Of a DNA stretch of 64,000 nt, positions 43,433-58,279 are shown piece after piece. The DNA is taken from contig OZ024746.1 of NCBI GenBank assembly GCA_964016885.1, forward strand, positions 4,340,001-4,404,000, written 5' to 3'. The notes beneath the pieces were generated by a model. It had not been told where the DNA came from, searched no databases, and saw only the letters and a list, made by a program, of their open reading frames with translations. Made by a program: the position numbers and the translations under genes. This DNA comes from Eledone cirrhosa. Taxonomy: Eukaryota. Numbering within the stretch: the stretch's first letter is position 1; each line of letters starts with the position of its first letter.

Positions 43433-44802
43433 CAGGAGGACATGATATGAAGGCTAAAAAACACTTGTGGATAGTGCAGTTTTAAATCAACATATGAGAA
43501 GTAATTTTAGATTGATGTGTGATATTGGGAAAAATATTTTATTTAGAGAGGGGGGGGGGTAGAAAGGATGAAAAAAAGGGGAGGAGATGAGAGTGAAGGT
43601 GGAGAGGGAGAGATGGGTGATAGAGAGAAAGAGATACTTTTTATAACTGAGAAAAGATATATTGTTTTACATAGAGAGGTTGAAAACCGTTGGAAGATAT
43701 TGTATAAATTAAAAGAATTTGAAAATTAACGAAGGGAAAAATATGTACGAAGAAGGAGAGGGAGTTAATATGTATTGAGATTAAAAAGTTTGATGATAGA
43801 GAGAAAAGAATAATGGATTGCGGATGAATATTCTAACGTCAAAAAAATGTGTGTATGTTTACAAGTATTATGGAAATTTGAAAATTAACGAAGAGAAAAA
43901 ATTATTAAGGTTTGTGTATTGAAGGATTTGAGAAAAATAATGTGAAGTTAAGGTTTGTATATTGAAGGAATTGATAATATGTGCGAAGAAAGAGTTATCA
44001 ATTCTTTATCAATTTAGAATCTTTTCTCAAAGGCACATATACATACACCTCTTTTAAAATATACCCATCTTCCTACCTTACTTCAAATACACTCTATAAT
44101 ACTTGTTTACTCATTACCCTCACTCTATCTTCACCTTGTAAAATCCTTCGTAACATATACATTTGTTTTGACGCCAGATTATTCATCCTTAATTTATTAT
44201 TTTTTTCTCCCCATCATCTAACTCATTCTTAATACATATTAACTCTTTCTTCGCACATATTATCAATTCCTTCAATATACAAACCTTAACTTCACATTAT
44301 TTTTCTCAAATCCTTCAATACACAAACCTTAATAATTTTTTCTCTTCGTTAATTTTCAAATTTCCATAATACTTGTAAACATACACACATTTTTTTGACG
44401 TTAGAATATTCATCCGCAATCCATTATTCTTTTCTCTCTATCATCAAACTTTTTAATCTCAATACATATTAACTCCCTCTCCTTCTTCGTACATATTTTT
44501 CCCTTCGTTAATTTTCAAATTCTTTTAATTTATACATTATCTTCCAACGGTTTTCAACCTCTCTATGTAAAACAATACATCTTTTCTCAGTTATAAAAAC
44601 TATCTCTTTCTCTCTATCACCCATCTCTCCCTCTCCACCCTCACCCTCATCTCCTCCCCTTTTTTTCATCCTTTCCACACCCCCCTCTCTAAATAAAATA
44701 TTTTTCCCAATATCACACATCAATCTAAAATTACTTCTCATATGTTGATTTAAAACTGCACTATCCACAAGTGTTTTTTAGCCTTCATATCATGTCCTCC
44801 TG

Positions 44803-44869
44803 TTTTATCTGATGAAAACACAAATATTATTGCATGATGATGTTTGTTTTTGAAATGCGCATAATAAAA
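44803..44869 (+). ncRNA. Type I hammerhead motif with palindromic stem III and ~16-bp stem II
   Basis: ttttat CTGATGA aaacacaaatattatt-gcat-gatgatgtttgttttt GAA ATGCGCAT A ataaaa. Confidence 0.8.
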
Positions 44870-44899
44870 TACATGGAACTCCTTTAACCATCTTTTGAT

Positions 44900-44941
<42 letters not shown>

Positions 44942-44944
<3 letters not shown>

Positions 44945-45145
44945 CGAAGGAAGTGTGGTAAGGAACCAGATGGACCATAACGCACCAGAATACTCAATAC
45001 TTAGGGTAGTAAGTGGGTAATAGGAAAATGTTTAACCCCGACGGCAGAGCTCAAGCCGTTTCGACGGCTATTTCTGAACCCTGGAGTCCAGAAATAGCCG
45101 TCGAAACGGCTTGAGCTCTGCCGTCGGGGTTAAACATTTTCCTAT
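44942..45145 (-). mobile_element. Fold-back PLE pseudo-LTR relic (sister of 15685)
   Basis: Same left terminus taacgaagga..; palindrome 45020-45145 containing GAAACGGC..GCCGTC. Confidence 0.8.
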
Positions 45146-45224
45146 ATATATATATATTTGAAAAAAAGGAAAATAATGACTTCACTTGTAGTGTTAAATA
45201 CTTTGATTTAATTTTATAATATTA

Positions 45225-45816
45225 CTAGCAGTGGTACCCGGCGTTGCACAGGATAAGGTATTGTGAAATATATAACCGCCTTAACTAAGCTTAGTATTGC
45301 CATAACCACGGCTGGCAAAGAAGTTAGGGTCTGGTGGTATGTAAGTAAGCAACACTGTGGCTTAACACGTGAAGGAGAAGTTGTGTGCACTTACCAACTG
45401 TTTGGGGAATGAGTGTAAGATTTGTCTTGAGCAAGGGTGGCAGAATAACCGGAGGCAGCAGACAGCCAGACATACAGACAGATATTATAAGGGCGCGTTC
45501 TGGACGCAGAGCGAATTGTAGGAAGTGACGTAATGCAGACAGCTAGACATACAGAAAGATATTATAAGGGCGCAACGTTATATCTATTTATCTATCTAAA
45601 AAAAGAAAGACTAAGAATTATAGAGAGAGATCGCTAAATCGCCCAATGCGGTCCCCAGGGCATTGAAAATTTGAAATTGTTTTTGCTCAGAAAACTCCCT
45701 GAAACATAAGTATTACATGTGTAAAGTTTGAAAACAGTCGGTTGGGTGCTTCTCTAGTTTTAGGGATTCAAACTCACACACACACAGACAGACATCCTCA
45801 GTTTTATATATATAGA
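45225..45816 (-). mobile_element. Non-autonomous Helitron-like element
   Basis: Minus strand starts a|TCtatatatataaaa..gtctgtc and ends with GC-rich cctgtgcaacgccggg then CTAG|t. Confidence 0.7.
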
Positions 45817-45936
45817 TAATATTATGAGTTGGTAGATCTCTCTCTCTACATATATATATATATAAAATTTCGGTGTAATGCCAATAGTCCAAGTTGATAA
45901 AGCAGTATAGATAATAGTTTGCACATTTTGCACCGC

Positions 45937-46061
<125 letters not shown>

Positions 46062-47062
46062 ATATTTCACAAAACCTGAAACCTGTTATATACTCGTTGA
46101 CAAATTATGTTTGTCATTTGATAATTGTTGGATAAAATTTACGCAATAGATACTAGACTATATAAATATATTTTATATACGAATAACTATTTGTTCTTGC
46201 CTTATTGTTATGAATCATTGACAGATTTACGTTCTCAGTCGTATTTACTTGTAAATAGAATTGTATTAAAATATTTGGTGTATATTAAACTTGATTGTAA
46301 TATTAAACTTGATTCCTTTTGCAAGCATAAAAGAGCAATTACATAACTAAGCAGGAAATCATTGTTTGTTTCTTTACAAAACTAGGAATCTATTGGCACA
46401 ATATAAGACATTAGGAATTTTTCTAAAACCTATTTACGTAAACCGTCTTAAGCTGATACACAGAAATTAATAATCTGTTAAACAATTGTTTCGCGTTAGA
46501 TTCTAAATCTATTGGAAATACAATACAGCCAAATTGAAGCAGAAATCCAGGGAAGCTTGATTGATCTTCAGAATGATATAACTACACGCCGTCAGTTTAG
46601 TCAAATATTTTTTAATGAATCAGGAATGTTCTGAGAAATAAATTTCCAGCTCAGTGAGGAAAATATACAAAATTGTATATTACCTTCAAACAGTTACTCT
46701 TGCATAGCTCCAGCACTCAAAGTCATTCTAGCCGTGACTATCTCATTTTTACCTGCTTATGGAACGCAGGGCTAGATCTATGGTTGTAGGATTTTATTTG
46801 TGGGAATATAGTTATTTTTAGTATGCCAAACAATATTGTATAACCTTACCCAAGGTCTGATTGTATGATTAGAAGTTTCTAAACTAATTTTAGGAATAAA
46901 TAACATTCTGACTATATTCTGTCAATTTATTCAATCTTTTTATAAAATGTTTAACACACATACATACATGTATGTGTGTGTGTTTTCAGTTTGTGAAAGT
47001 GCTTATGTATGTGTTCATATATGTTCGTGTGCACATAGGTTTGTATGTATTTTTGTGAATAT

Positions 47063-47155
<93 letters not shown>

Positions 47156-47599
47156 GTGTATGTGTGTGTGTATGCGTGTATGAATGAGTGTTTATGGACA
47201 ACAAGAAAATACATCGATTTTAAATTCAACGCAGTCACTAATAAATGTTAATTTTAAAACTACACTTCGAAATTTATATTTATCTGAAAACCAGAACGAA
47301 CGATAATTCCTTCTATATTGAAATTTACGAGTAGACTGGTGGATGTCTGAATCTGCAGAAATTGTATTTATTAATGTGTAAACTTTATCTTGTCGCTGAT
47401 TCATAAAACAAACGCCAAATGTTTCTCTTTCAGAACAAGGACTTCGTTTAAAACGTCGGAGACTTTCACACAAAAACACTTATCAACTTAACTTTTAACG
47501 GGCTATACCACATGAAACCACATGAGGGAGGCATTCTTGCGACTGTAAAATAATGTTTTCCTAAATCAGCAAATTTTTACAACGAACAGCCCACTAGTA

Positions 47600-48090
47600 A
47601 ATATACCGTACCAGCTCTTGCAATTCTTGCAGTTAATTCAGCCTCCTGCATTCCGTCATTCGTGAATATAGCCCCGAGATACTTGAACTTCTCCACCTGC
47701 TTCAGTGGAACTCCATTCACATGTAGAGTGCACTGTGCAGGCTTCTTTGAGAGGACAAGTGCCCTAGTTTTTGTAGCACTTATTTTCATTCCAGCCATGC
47801 AACACTCAGCATCAAACCTATCAAGTGCAAGTCGGAGATCACCTTCTGTCGAGTTAAGTAACACCATGTCGTCTGTAAATTCCACCCGAGTGATGTTACA
47901 CCTGCCAGTCGTGATGCCACTTCAAGCCTGGCTGCGCATGTCAGTCCTGTTCATGAAAATAATAAACAGGAGAGGTAACAGTACGCACCCTTGGCGGAGT
48001 CCAACTCCCACATTGAATGGTTTCGATTTATCCGACACAAATACACAGGCATTCATATAGAGACATCAGAGCAATAAGTAGCTGACCATC
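47600..48090 (-). pseudogene. RTE reverse transcriptase fragment
   Basis: KPFNVGVGLRQGCVLLPLLFIIFM..EFTDDMVLL..GMKISATKT..KQVEKFKYLG. Confidence 0.92.
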
Positions 48091-48732
48091 GATCCCATTT
48101 TTCTAATAACTTAATATTTAATTTGTCCAGAGCCCTTCTAAATCTGAAAGATAGTTCACCCCTGGAGGTTGCATTGACGAACATTACAGTCTGTTATCTG
48201 TTGTTTGTTGCTGTCATACCCTCAGTTATTATTACTCTTTTATTAGGTCTCTCTATCCTATTTCAAAATTGTCTCATATAAACGGGACAAGTCCCATTTG
48301 CATTACTTTCTATGATATTCATTCATTTAGCTCCCGCTCCTTACACCATGATCTCTTCTCTTTGATTGTAGCCATAGAATTGGAGAGATTGAAGATTTGG
48401 GTAAGGCGAGTGACAAACAATGGAGCGCATTGGAATCAAAGGGTCAGTGTCATGGCAATTGATGTTATTAATTTGACGTTAGTTGATGTACCTTTACGCT
48501 TGTTGTGTGCGCATGCGGGGTTGTGATATTCATAGAATGAAACGAGGTACGTTTGGAGAAGATTTATCTAAAGTAGGAAGAGTAGGGAAAGATTCAAAAT
48601 TAACAGATAATGTGGGAACCTTTACCCACAATCCTACGCCTTACATGACAGTCATGGTTGGAAAGTCAAAGATAGGAGAAGGGAGGATCAATCTGGAATG
48701 GGTCCTAAAATATTGGCTGTAGTTTCGGGGGT

Positions 48733-48980
48733 GAAGGCGCATGGCTTAGTGGTTACAGCATTGGGCTTGCAATCGAAAGGTTGTGAGTTCAATTCTCGGA
48801 CCGGGTGATGTGTTGTTTCCTTGAGCAAGACACTTTATTTCACGTTGCTCCAGTTTACTCAGCTGTAAAAAGGAAATGATAGGACTGAGGTCCCTCTCAT
48901 TAAATTACCCAAGACACCTCCAACGAGATATACCTTGGAGGAGGCCAGCTAAACCTGCATAGGTGTGAGATGTCACACAC
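48733..48980 (+). mobile_element. tRNA-derived SINE (family 2)
   Basis: ggcgcatggcttagtggtt, gagttcaattc, ccttgagcaagacac; tail matches 2911-3000 inverted. Confidence 0.82.
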
Positions 48981-49613
48981 ACAGTTTCGGGGGTGGAGGG
49001 TTAATAGTGCTTCTGTGCTATAAAATGCACTTTACAGATCGGATTACAGTCAAAGGGAAATTCTGGGTAAGATCCATCAAGTGATTGATTGCAGGACAAG
49101 TTTCTTTTGTATTACTTGAATTGCTGCAGTGCAGCAATGGGAGAACGAATCACGGGATTCATCTATTGCAGATATGGTGTATATCTATTGTACTTATATG
49201 TAATCTTTCATGTTTGTGGGTGTAGGTGCGTATTTCAGAGTATAAACCGCCATCAAAGATAAAATATGGTTAGATATCAATGCAGCTGGTAAAAATCACT
49301 GAAGCTATGTTTTTTGTTTGATCAAAAGTATTGGCTTTATTCCGAAATTTGACAGATGTGCTTGTTTAGATTGTCTTCCGATTGGGAAATAGATCTTTTT
49401 GTTAGGCCTATACACGGCCTCTTTGTCTCTCATAATTAACTCTCACTTTAATAGCATCTTTAAAATTACTCCTTTGATCTAACCGTCAGTTATTATCATT
49501 TTTAACTCATATCTTCAAATAAACATCATGCACGCCAGACGACACACAGATACACGTACTTACGTAGGCTCTCACTCCACACCCATACATAGGCACATGT
49601 TTCTGTGAATATT

Positions 49614-49667
<54 letters not shown>

Positions 49668-49735
49668 TATTTATATTTATTCATTTATCTATCTATTTAT
49701 TTATATATATATGTGTGTGTGTATACATATTTATG

Positions 49736-49785
<50 letters not shown>

Positions 49786-50050
49786 TACATATTTATGTAA
49801 ATATTTATATATATACAGACTTGTTCACATACACCCTAACAGATGCAGTCATATATATATATATAATCATATAATTTGATTATAAGTATGCCAACATTTC
49901 TAGACAGATATAAAACGTTTTATAAATGTATACCTTACTGCAGAAGTGTATGTCAGTGTATGTGAGTGTGTGTCTATGTGGTTGAATGTGTTCGTGGATG
50001 TGGGCAGTAAATGAGTCACTACGAGTCTACAATTGATGGTTGTAGTACCC

Positions 50051-50096
<46 letters not shown>

Positions 50097-50269
50097 GTAC
50101 ATACATAAACGTGGCGTACTCATGCACACACTCATATACGTACCACCACACATGTTGGCCTGTTTCTGTGTTACCAAAAGGTATTGCGACGATCTCTTTC
50201 AGATGTGATAAAAAAAATATGTAAAATTTGAAACCAAGAAGTTTGTGGACTGGCGTTTTAAGAACAAGT

Positions 50270-50725
50270 GATGTTATATTTGATGTCACTACAAGATCAA
50301 TGCGAGCTTCATTCTGGTGTGAGATCAGTGCCAGGTTATGTAGACATTCTAAAAACATGTCCGTAATAGCGGAGTTGTGATCTCTCAATTCGGAGAAGTA
50401 GCGGCTCTACCCGGAGCGAGTCTCTAATCTCGAGCTACTCACTCTATCAACTAATGTTACTCAAAAGAACCTTCGGATAAACCCCATTTCGGACGTTTGT
50501 ATTCGCGATCGTATTCTTTCGGTCATTATCCAAGATTTATGACCATAGATTTGGGTTGACACAAATACCGAATTGAAGATAGTGAGTTTGGCATTTACAC
50601 CTACCTTCCTTCTCATGACTGAATTTTGAAGCTGGTATATTACTGCCCCAGCTCCTGTAATTCTTGCACGCAATTCAACCTCCTGCCTTCCATCACTCGT
50701 GAACACGACCCAGAGATACTTGAAA
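50270..50725 (-). pseudogene. RTE LINE fragment downstream of the RT core
   Basis: FTSDGRQEVELRARI..AKLTIFNSVFVSTQIYGHKSWIMTERIRSRIQTSEMGFIRR. Confidence 0.88.
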
Positions 50726-50850
50726 TTCTCTGATGAAGGACTAATATCGAAAACGTTAAGATTCTTTTCTTATACATCAAGTGTTAAACTAATATATTTT
50801 GTTATTGTACTGTGTTGTTTGCTTTGTTATTTGTGCTTACTTTTTGCATA
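50726..50850 (+). mobile_element. Family A PLE terminal repeat with a degenerate HHR
   Basis: CTGATGAaggactaatatcGAAAacgttaaga...gtgttaaactaatatat, homologous to 20530-20650 and 58244. Confidence 0.7.
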
Positions 50851-50870
50851 TACGTATATATATATATATA

Positions 50871-50979
<109 letters not shown>

Positions 50980-51650
50980 ATAAAGAGAGAGGGGAAGAGA
51001 TGGAAGAAGAGAGAGGGAGGAATCAATGGCAGCTATATATATATATGAGCAGTAACTGATGGCCGGTGACTAATCAAAAGAATCTTCATCAAATGAATTA
51101 TGATAGAAGCAATGGAGGTTTCTGACAGAAGACTGTTAGCAAATAGAAACGGTAGGTTTGTTATAATTCCCTGTTAGTTATCTTCATCTTGTCAAGTTCT
51201 TGATATATCAATCGATGTGTGGGTATTTCGGTATAATTGTCTCGTAGTGTTGAATGTCGCAAAGGTTAGAAATTGTGAGAAAACACAACAATCTATTTTA
51301 CCTCCTGTTACAATCAATATGTGTCATCAAAATCGTTTTGACGGCTCCAAACATTTGCAAACTTCTTCGCTAATCTAATTTTCTTCTTCACTTTTCTCCT
51401 TTTCCTTTTATCTGGCTTCTCACATTCATCTATTATATTTATTTCTTCTTCTTCTTCTTCTTCTCCCCCCCCCCCCCTGCAGTAATTTTGTGCCAGGACC
51501 TGCCAAGTAATATACATACATACTGACCAGCCCACAAATGTACAAAAACGTATGTATGTATGAAATGAATGTATGTGCATATGCAAGTATATTTATGTAT
51601 GTACACACTTATACACATGTATACATAATTATTCACACACACATATATGA

Positions 51651-51731
<81 letters not shown>

Positions 51732-51859
51732 TAACAGATTAAAGTTTAATATTTGCTCTTATATATTTGATATATATTTATCCTTATCGAGCAAATTTAT
51801 TATTATTACTATTATTATTATTATTATTACTAGTTGGATGCCATGCTTTGATGCATAGA

Positions 51860-51990
51860 GTTACGGCCCTTGCCATTCTGAGTTCAAATCCCGCCGAGGT
51901 TAACTTTTCCTTTCATCCTTACGGGGTCGATAAAATAAAGTACCAGTAATGCACTGGGTAATTGCTGGCCTTGTGCCAAAAGTAGAAACA
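51860..51990 (+). mobile_element. SINE family 1 copy
   Basis: gagttcaaatcccgccgagg..cctttcatccttacggggtcgataaaataaagtaccag. Confidence 0.82.
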
Positions 51991-51995
51991 ATTAT

Positions 51996-52053
<58 letters not shown>

Positions 52054-52155
52054 ATAATAATACATTTGAAGACTAAAATCCAAAGAGGGCTCGAAAAGAA
52101 GATTCCGTTAAGGGCAGCGATTCTTTGCTTAAACATTAATCTGTTATTTTAATAA

Positions 52156-52205
<50 letters not shown>

Positions 52206-52209
<4 letters not shown>

Positions 52210-52376
52210 ATGTGGTTGGTGGCTGAGAAAAAGAAGCACTCAATACCGAAGAAGAGTTTTGATATTCATTTTATTAAGGCTAAAATACTGAGTCTTGTTA
52301 CTCTGGAGTTATCATGAGGGCAACTTGCCTGTTGACGCCGTGATAAAACAGGCGAAACTCCAGGGTAACGAGATCT
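52206..52376. mobile_element. Inverted PLE pseudo-LTR relic with a degenerate HHR (52324-52372, +)
   Basis: cttgc CTGTTGA c-gcc..ggc GAA ACT ccag GGT A acgag; 52293-52310 is an inverted copy of its 3' half. Confidence 0.6.
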
Positions 52377-52808
52377 GAAAACATGAAGGAGCGGAATGGG
52401 GCATTATTCGATACCCGAGAGTACCTCTATTGACATTATCCAATATGGTTTTTAAGATGTTTGTGATTTATGGAGATTTTTATTACTTTTTCTAACAGGC
52501 TGACTAGATAGGGGCTCGTTCACGATTCTTTGTGATCCACATCACTATACTATATTTTACAGACTAGAATCCTACCTATTTAGAATAACTACTACATTAT
52601 ATAGCATACATTCTAGGTGTGGATATAAACAGGGATTATTAGATTGAGCTGCAAGGCTGGGTACCGGCCAGGCTTGATATTATTCTCTCGCTCGTTTCAC
52701 GCCACATGAAAACGTTTTAAGTACTGGCCTGGTGTGTGTCTGAGTTCGGATGAGAATACACACACTCACGTACACACACACACACACCCACACACACGTA
52801 CACACGCA

Positions 52809-52853
<45 letters not shown>

Positions 52854-52915
52854 TCATTACAAACATTGTACAAGCGAGACTTCCGCGTGTGTATGTGTTA
52901 GCCTCTGTGTGTGTG

Positions 52916-53005
<90 letters not shown>

Positions 53006-53072
53006 CATGTATGTAGAAATGAATCCGCGTATCTTTACATTTCTTTGACCAATGATTTATATATGTATATAT

Positions 53073-53105
<33 letters not shown>

Positions 53106-53541
53106 CATATATACATATGTGTGTGTATGTGTGTGTACAAATATGTGTTGTGAAGAAGTAATAAGTTGTTTTTGCCAGGAACATAAAGCTAATTTGTAAT
53201 GGCAAGACGTATAGTACATCACTCATAGAACGTCTAAGATCTGAGTTGGAGATTTGACTCTTATCTCTTTAGGATTTCAGCATTAAATGCTTGAAGGAAA
53301 AACGTGAAGACCACTAATGCTTACTACACTCTGGTTGACTGTAATGTGTGTGTCTGTTAGTGTGAGCTGCATGTTTTAATCTGCTTTCAAATACACGAGC
53401 ACGCTCACACACCGATATGTATAAAGAGGCATCTGCAACAGACTGTTTTCCTGCGTTTTATTTTTACATGTATAATGCATTCATACATATGAATACATAT
53501 CGACCTATAGCAGTTTATATACACACACACTCACATACACT

Positions 53542-53647
<106 letters not shown>

Positions 53648-53712
53648 TATACATATATATACATATATATATATACACACACACATATATATATATAAAT
53701 ACATATATATAG

Positions 53713-53755
<43 letters not shown>

Positions 53756-53774
53756 TATATACAGATATATACAT

Positions 53775-53821
<47 letters not shown>

Positions 53822-55299
53822 CATATATATACATATATATATATACACACACACATATATATATATAAATACATATATATAGAGATACATATATATATAT
53901 ATATGTATACATATATGTAGATATATATATATATATATTTATGTATATATGTATATATATATATTGATATACATATATATATATATATATATACATACAC
54001 ACCACACACACATATATATATATGTATGTATATATGCATATATACATACAAAGATACATATATTTATCGGCGTATTTGCATACAAGCTAATATGTATACA
54101 TATGTTTGTGTCCGTACGCTTATTCCAATACAATAATGTGTAAATATATAAATAATATATATTTTGTTTATATAAATGTAGAATTATATAAATCTACACA
54201 TGTATATGTGTTCGTGCGTGTTAAATTCCTATTATCCAGTCAAAGCCATCCTGAGAATGGGTTGTTGTTTTTTATTTCGTTGCTTTTGCCTTTCGTATAT
54301 TTTCGTCTTTCGTATTTTAGAATAATTTTCTTTCTCATTTTTTCTTTTCGTTTGTTTTTTTCGCCTAAACCCGAATGTCTTTTGTCGGTAGGTCTGGCAG
54401 CTGTCAAACGAATTCGATCCCTGATATAATACAATTTTCTGTGAAATTCCATCAGTACTTGTCACTTAATTCTGACAATAATAAACTCTCCAACATTCTA
54501 TAGTGTACAAGCCACATTACAAGAAATAAAAAACATGACTAAAATAGATCCACAATGGTAAATATGTTTTTTCCTCTCCTTTATCCTTTTAACTGAATAA
54601 GATTATTTTTATCAGGTTTTTTTTTTTTATTATCGTATTGGTAAGACACGACAAATAATAGTTCTGCTTCTCAGTATGTGCATTTTGTATATATAAATAT
54701 ATATATATATATATATACACACATGTGTGTGTGTGTATATTTGTGTGTGTGTGTGTGTGTGTGTAAGAACGTCTGTATTTGTGTTCTTTTGGTGCTTATA
54801 AATTGTTGATTTAATATTGTCTAGGAACATTTGTTTGGAGCTTAATACGAAAATCTGACCGGCAAATTCTTCTAAGATAGATTTATGTAAGGTTAACCGG
54901 TGTTATCATCATCCTCCCACCACCACTACCTTCATCATCATCCTCCCACCACCACTACCATCATCATCATCATCATCAACAGCACCATCAAACACTTCAT
55001 GGTTTCTACTAGTAATATTTTCCAGCCTCTTTATTGTCAATAATAGAGTTGATGGAATAAATATTTCTATTGATAATGTTTCTGGTAACCATGGGACAGT
55101 ATGTTCAACTCCACAAGACTGTTGTTTTACTTGTTTTACTTGTTAGTTTTACTTGTTAGTTAGCCCTAAGTTAACCCTGATACTCGCATGACAATGGTTA
55201 AAGTCATTCCACCATGAACAACCAGATGCTAGAGTGTGGTTTGACGGGGCTTTACTAAAAATTGTCGTAGCTGTAAACATTTTCCTACTAAAAATATTT

Positions 55300-55396
55300 G
55301 GGAAACTGGACAGGACCTTTAAAGAATTGGGTGGGAAACTGGATAGGACCTTTAAAGAATTGGGTGGGAAACTGGACAGGACCTTTAAAGAATTGG
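55300..55396. repeat. 33-bp tandem repeat, 3 copies
   Basis: gggaaactggacaggacctttaaagaattgggt. Confidence 0.9.
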
Positions 55397-56123
55397 ACAA
55401 ATTGCAAGATAAGACAAGCGAGGATGAATATTAGGCGATCTAACATCAGATATATGTTTAATGGAGGGATGAAAGCAAAAGAAAAGCCTGATGTTGTTTT
55501 AGTGTGATATATCGTTTTGCTGATGTGTTGCTCAGTAAAGATACATTAATATGTTGTATTTATTTCTTTTACAGAATTTATATGCACCACCGGACCGAGA
55601 GAGACTTGTCATAGAAACACTATCCCAAACCCTCTCATATCAATTCTTACCCTCATTATAAAGAACGGTGACATGGGATAATATAGTACTAGATATTTGA
55701 GACCCGACGAAAAATATACGTGATGGTCATTTCTGGAACGTCTTTGGTCGTACATCGTCTAGGATTAAACAACACTAATTGATTATTGTTGTTAATTAGA
55801 CCGAGGTTACCTCTAGTTGAGTCGAGTATACAGATGATCCAAGGCCTTCCAGCCGTGACCACAAAAACCATTGAGGTTATATAGGACTATGGCAGGGAAT
55901 TGACAGAACTGTCGGAGTATCGGACAAAATGTCATGTCAAGGGTACAAAATAATACTTTCACCCTTTCACATAAGTCATTAATTGCAGTGGGATGCTCAG
56001 CGTACACAACAGAATTTTAAAACATCGGTCATCTTACAATACTTTCTACGGTCTAACAAAAATTGACTTAAAAGAAATTTTCAAGAAATGCTTTAATCAT
56101 ACATGTTCTATTTACAACCCACC

Positions 56124-56480
56124 GTTGTCGTATGACATAAGCACAGTTGCTAGAGAGGCAGGTTGAGACTGGCGAGCCAGACTAAGGTGTCATTTGCACT
56201 AGTATGGATTGTCTCCAGGCTACCGGGAAAACCTCTGAGGGGTCAATCCCGAACAACATGCAGTACTGTCTGGTCAAGGTACCCACAGTCACATGCTGAA
56301 CTGTCTTTCATTTTCCATCGATGGGACTGATGGGCTGCCCGGGCATGTGTTGTGCGGATCTGATTAAGGGTCACCAATTGCTTTCTGGGAAGGTGAAAGC
56401 CGACTGGTTTAGATGAGGGGTCCTGATAAGGTCTTCATTGGCAAGTTTGGACTCCTATTCTAATCTTCGCCCCTCTTACT
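56124..56480 (-). pseudogene. LINE 3' end with CCHC-like finger (RTE-X-like; clade uncertain)
   Basis: DPSSKPVGFHLPRKQLVTLNQIRT..HRWKMKDSSACDCGYLDQTVLHVVRD*PLRGFPG..WLASLNLPL* then catacgacaac tail. Confidence 0.82.
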
Positions 56481-57563
56481 TCAGTTATTGTCCTAAAGAG
56501 TGGGAAATGGCAACCTTCGCGTCATCCACCCTGTATGGAACTCACTTCAACTTATATCATTGCTTGATATATACACATTGCAGCCCACCAAATTACTGAC
56601 GAGGATCGTTGATTAGAATATTTATACACTTTGATAAACTTTGCTATATACAGTTTTCATTCATGATGTGCATTTCGATAAAAGAACGTTTGGCTGTATT
56701 CTTTGACTCAGAATAGGCTTGTTTCATCAGGATTGAATATTTGTTGGTTATCTTCGTTGGATGGTGCGAGGTTCAGAACATCAGGATCATTTCTTGTATC
56801 TTTTGTATTCACTAATGATTTCACAAGTTAGACGAACATTGTGAAAATCCTATTTATAGTTTGAATCCCTAGAAAGCAACTCTAACTTACAGTAACATCT
56901 CCTTCAGTTCCTGAAACAATCCCATTTTCTTATGTTATATATTATTGTAGAGAAGATATTTAACGTTTCCCGTTTGATTGACATGGTACGTATGGGAGTT
57001 CCTCTATAGTTGTAATCTTGCATCCACTTCGATTATGATACAGCATCTATTCCATGTTTCTTGTGTATCTGAAGTCGATTCATATTAACCTTTTCCCCTA
57101 TTAGAATCGAAGTTTGTTAGAATTGTTCACCCCGTTGCTTCATTCATTCCCAAGCCTTACTCTGTTTCGGCTTTGCTGTCTCCAGATTCATGTATTTTTA
57201 TAACTTGTAATTCATCATCTAGATTTTAAACCTTCCTTTATCTCTATCATTAGAACTCTTCGCAACAGTCTTTCTCTTAGTTATTGGGGTTGGATTACGT
57301 ATTGAATTTTGGTGTAAATTATGTTGTTAATGGCGGTTAGAAACCACACGTTATCTAGAAGCAGCTCCATGAAAACAAAGTAGGAAATTACAATCTAAAT
57401 AGTAGCAAATCATCTTTCAGGAGGTTCTGTCGGCTGTGGAGTTCTCATTGGTTGTTTTAGATCTTGGCTTTGTTGAGTTGTTCTGTGCTACATTTGCATA
57501 TTCTGTCTGATTCTCTTCTCCCTCTCTCTGTCGGTCGGTTTCTCTATCGCTCTCTTACTCGCT

Positions 57564-57656
<93 letters not shown>

Positions 57657-57693
57657 ATATGTTTTTATGCAAGATATTAAAATCGTTGTACCT

Positions 57694-57733
<40 letters not shown>

Positions 57734-58243
57734 TATGTGTATACTTTTACTTCTTTTGTTCAATTTTGCCACGAAAAATGCATACATATTCCTGCCTGCA
57801 CACTTTTGCGTACACTCATACACTCACACATACGTACACTCATGCACTCACACATAGGTACAATCATACACTCACACATACGTACAATCATATATATATA
57901 TACATAATTTTATTCCACACTCCTATACCTATTTGCCCGTTCTTGTCTAACCAGAGTGAATGAATATACTTCGCTGGGAAGATCTAATATGATCGGAACA
58001 TGTCTGTTGCTTTCAACAATTTTGGTACAAATATCGTCTATTCGAATTATAGTCTTAAATTGCCTCCAAAACTACGATTTACCCGGGCAATAGGAGCTTG
58101 TTGCTTTTGCTTTCCTCTTATTACCTGAACACCTCTAATGGTATCTCAGTGCTTGAAAGCAAGAATCTGTTTGTATACACACACACACACACTTTCAAAT
58201 TCCAACCCGCCCGTCCCCTCAATCTATGTTATTTCTCATTCTT

Positions 58244-58279
58244 TCTTCTGATGAAGGACTAGCGTCCGAAAGGTTAAGA
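58244..58279 (+). ncRNA. Minimal type I hammerhead motif (family A)
   Basis: tctt CTGATGA a ggac-tagc-gtcc GAAAGGT T aaga; followed by the family A terminus gagcgttaacctaatata. Confidence 0.7.

Larger units (their letters stand above)
43236..44905. mobile_element. 1.6-kb fold-back element, ~665-bp arms with an HHR in each arm (inverted PLE pseudo-LTRs)
   Basis: 43330-43997 is the reverse complement of 44240-44905 with few mismatches; ~240-bp spacer; both ends in (TA)n. Confidence 0.88.

Noticed and set aside
48733-48810. tRNA gene
   Set aside because: The tRNA-like head continues into a SINE body and tail, with a second copy at 2911-3147.
55574-55680. Possible exon after the acceptor-like tatttcttttacag
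   Set aside because: All three frames stop within ~105 nt, the peptides are unrecognisable and no partner exons are visible.
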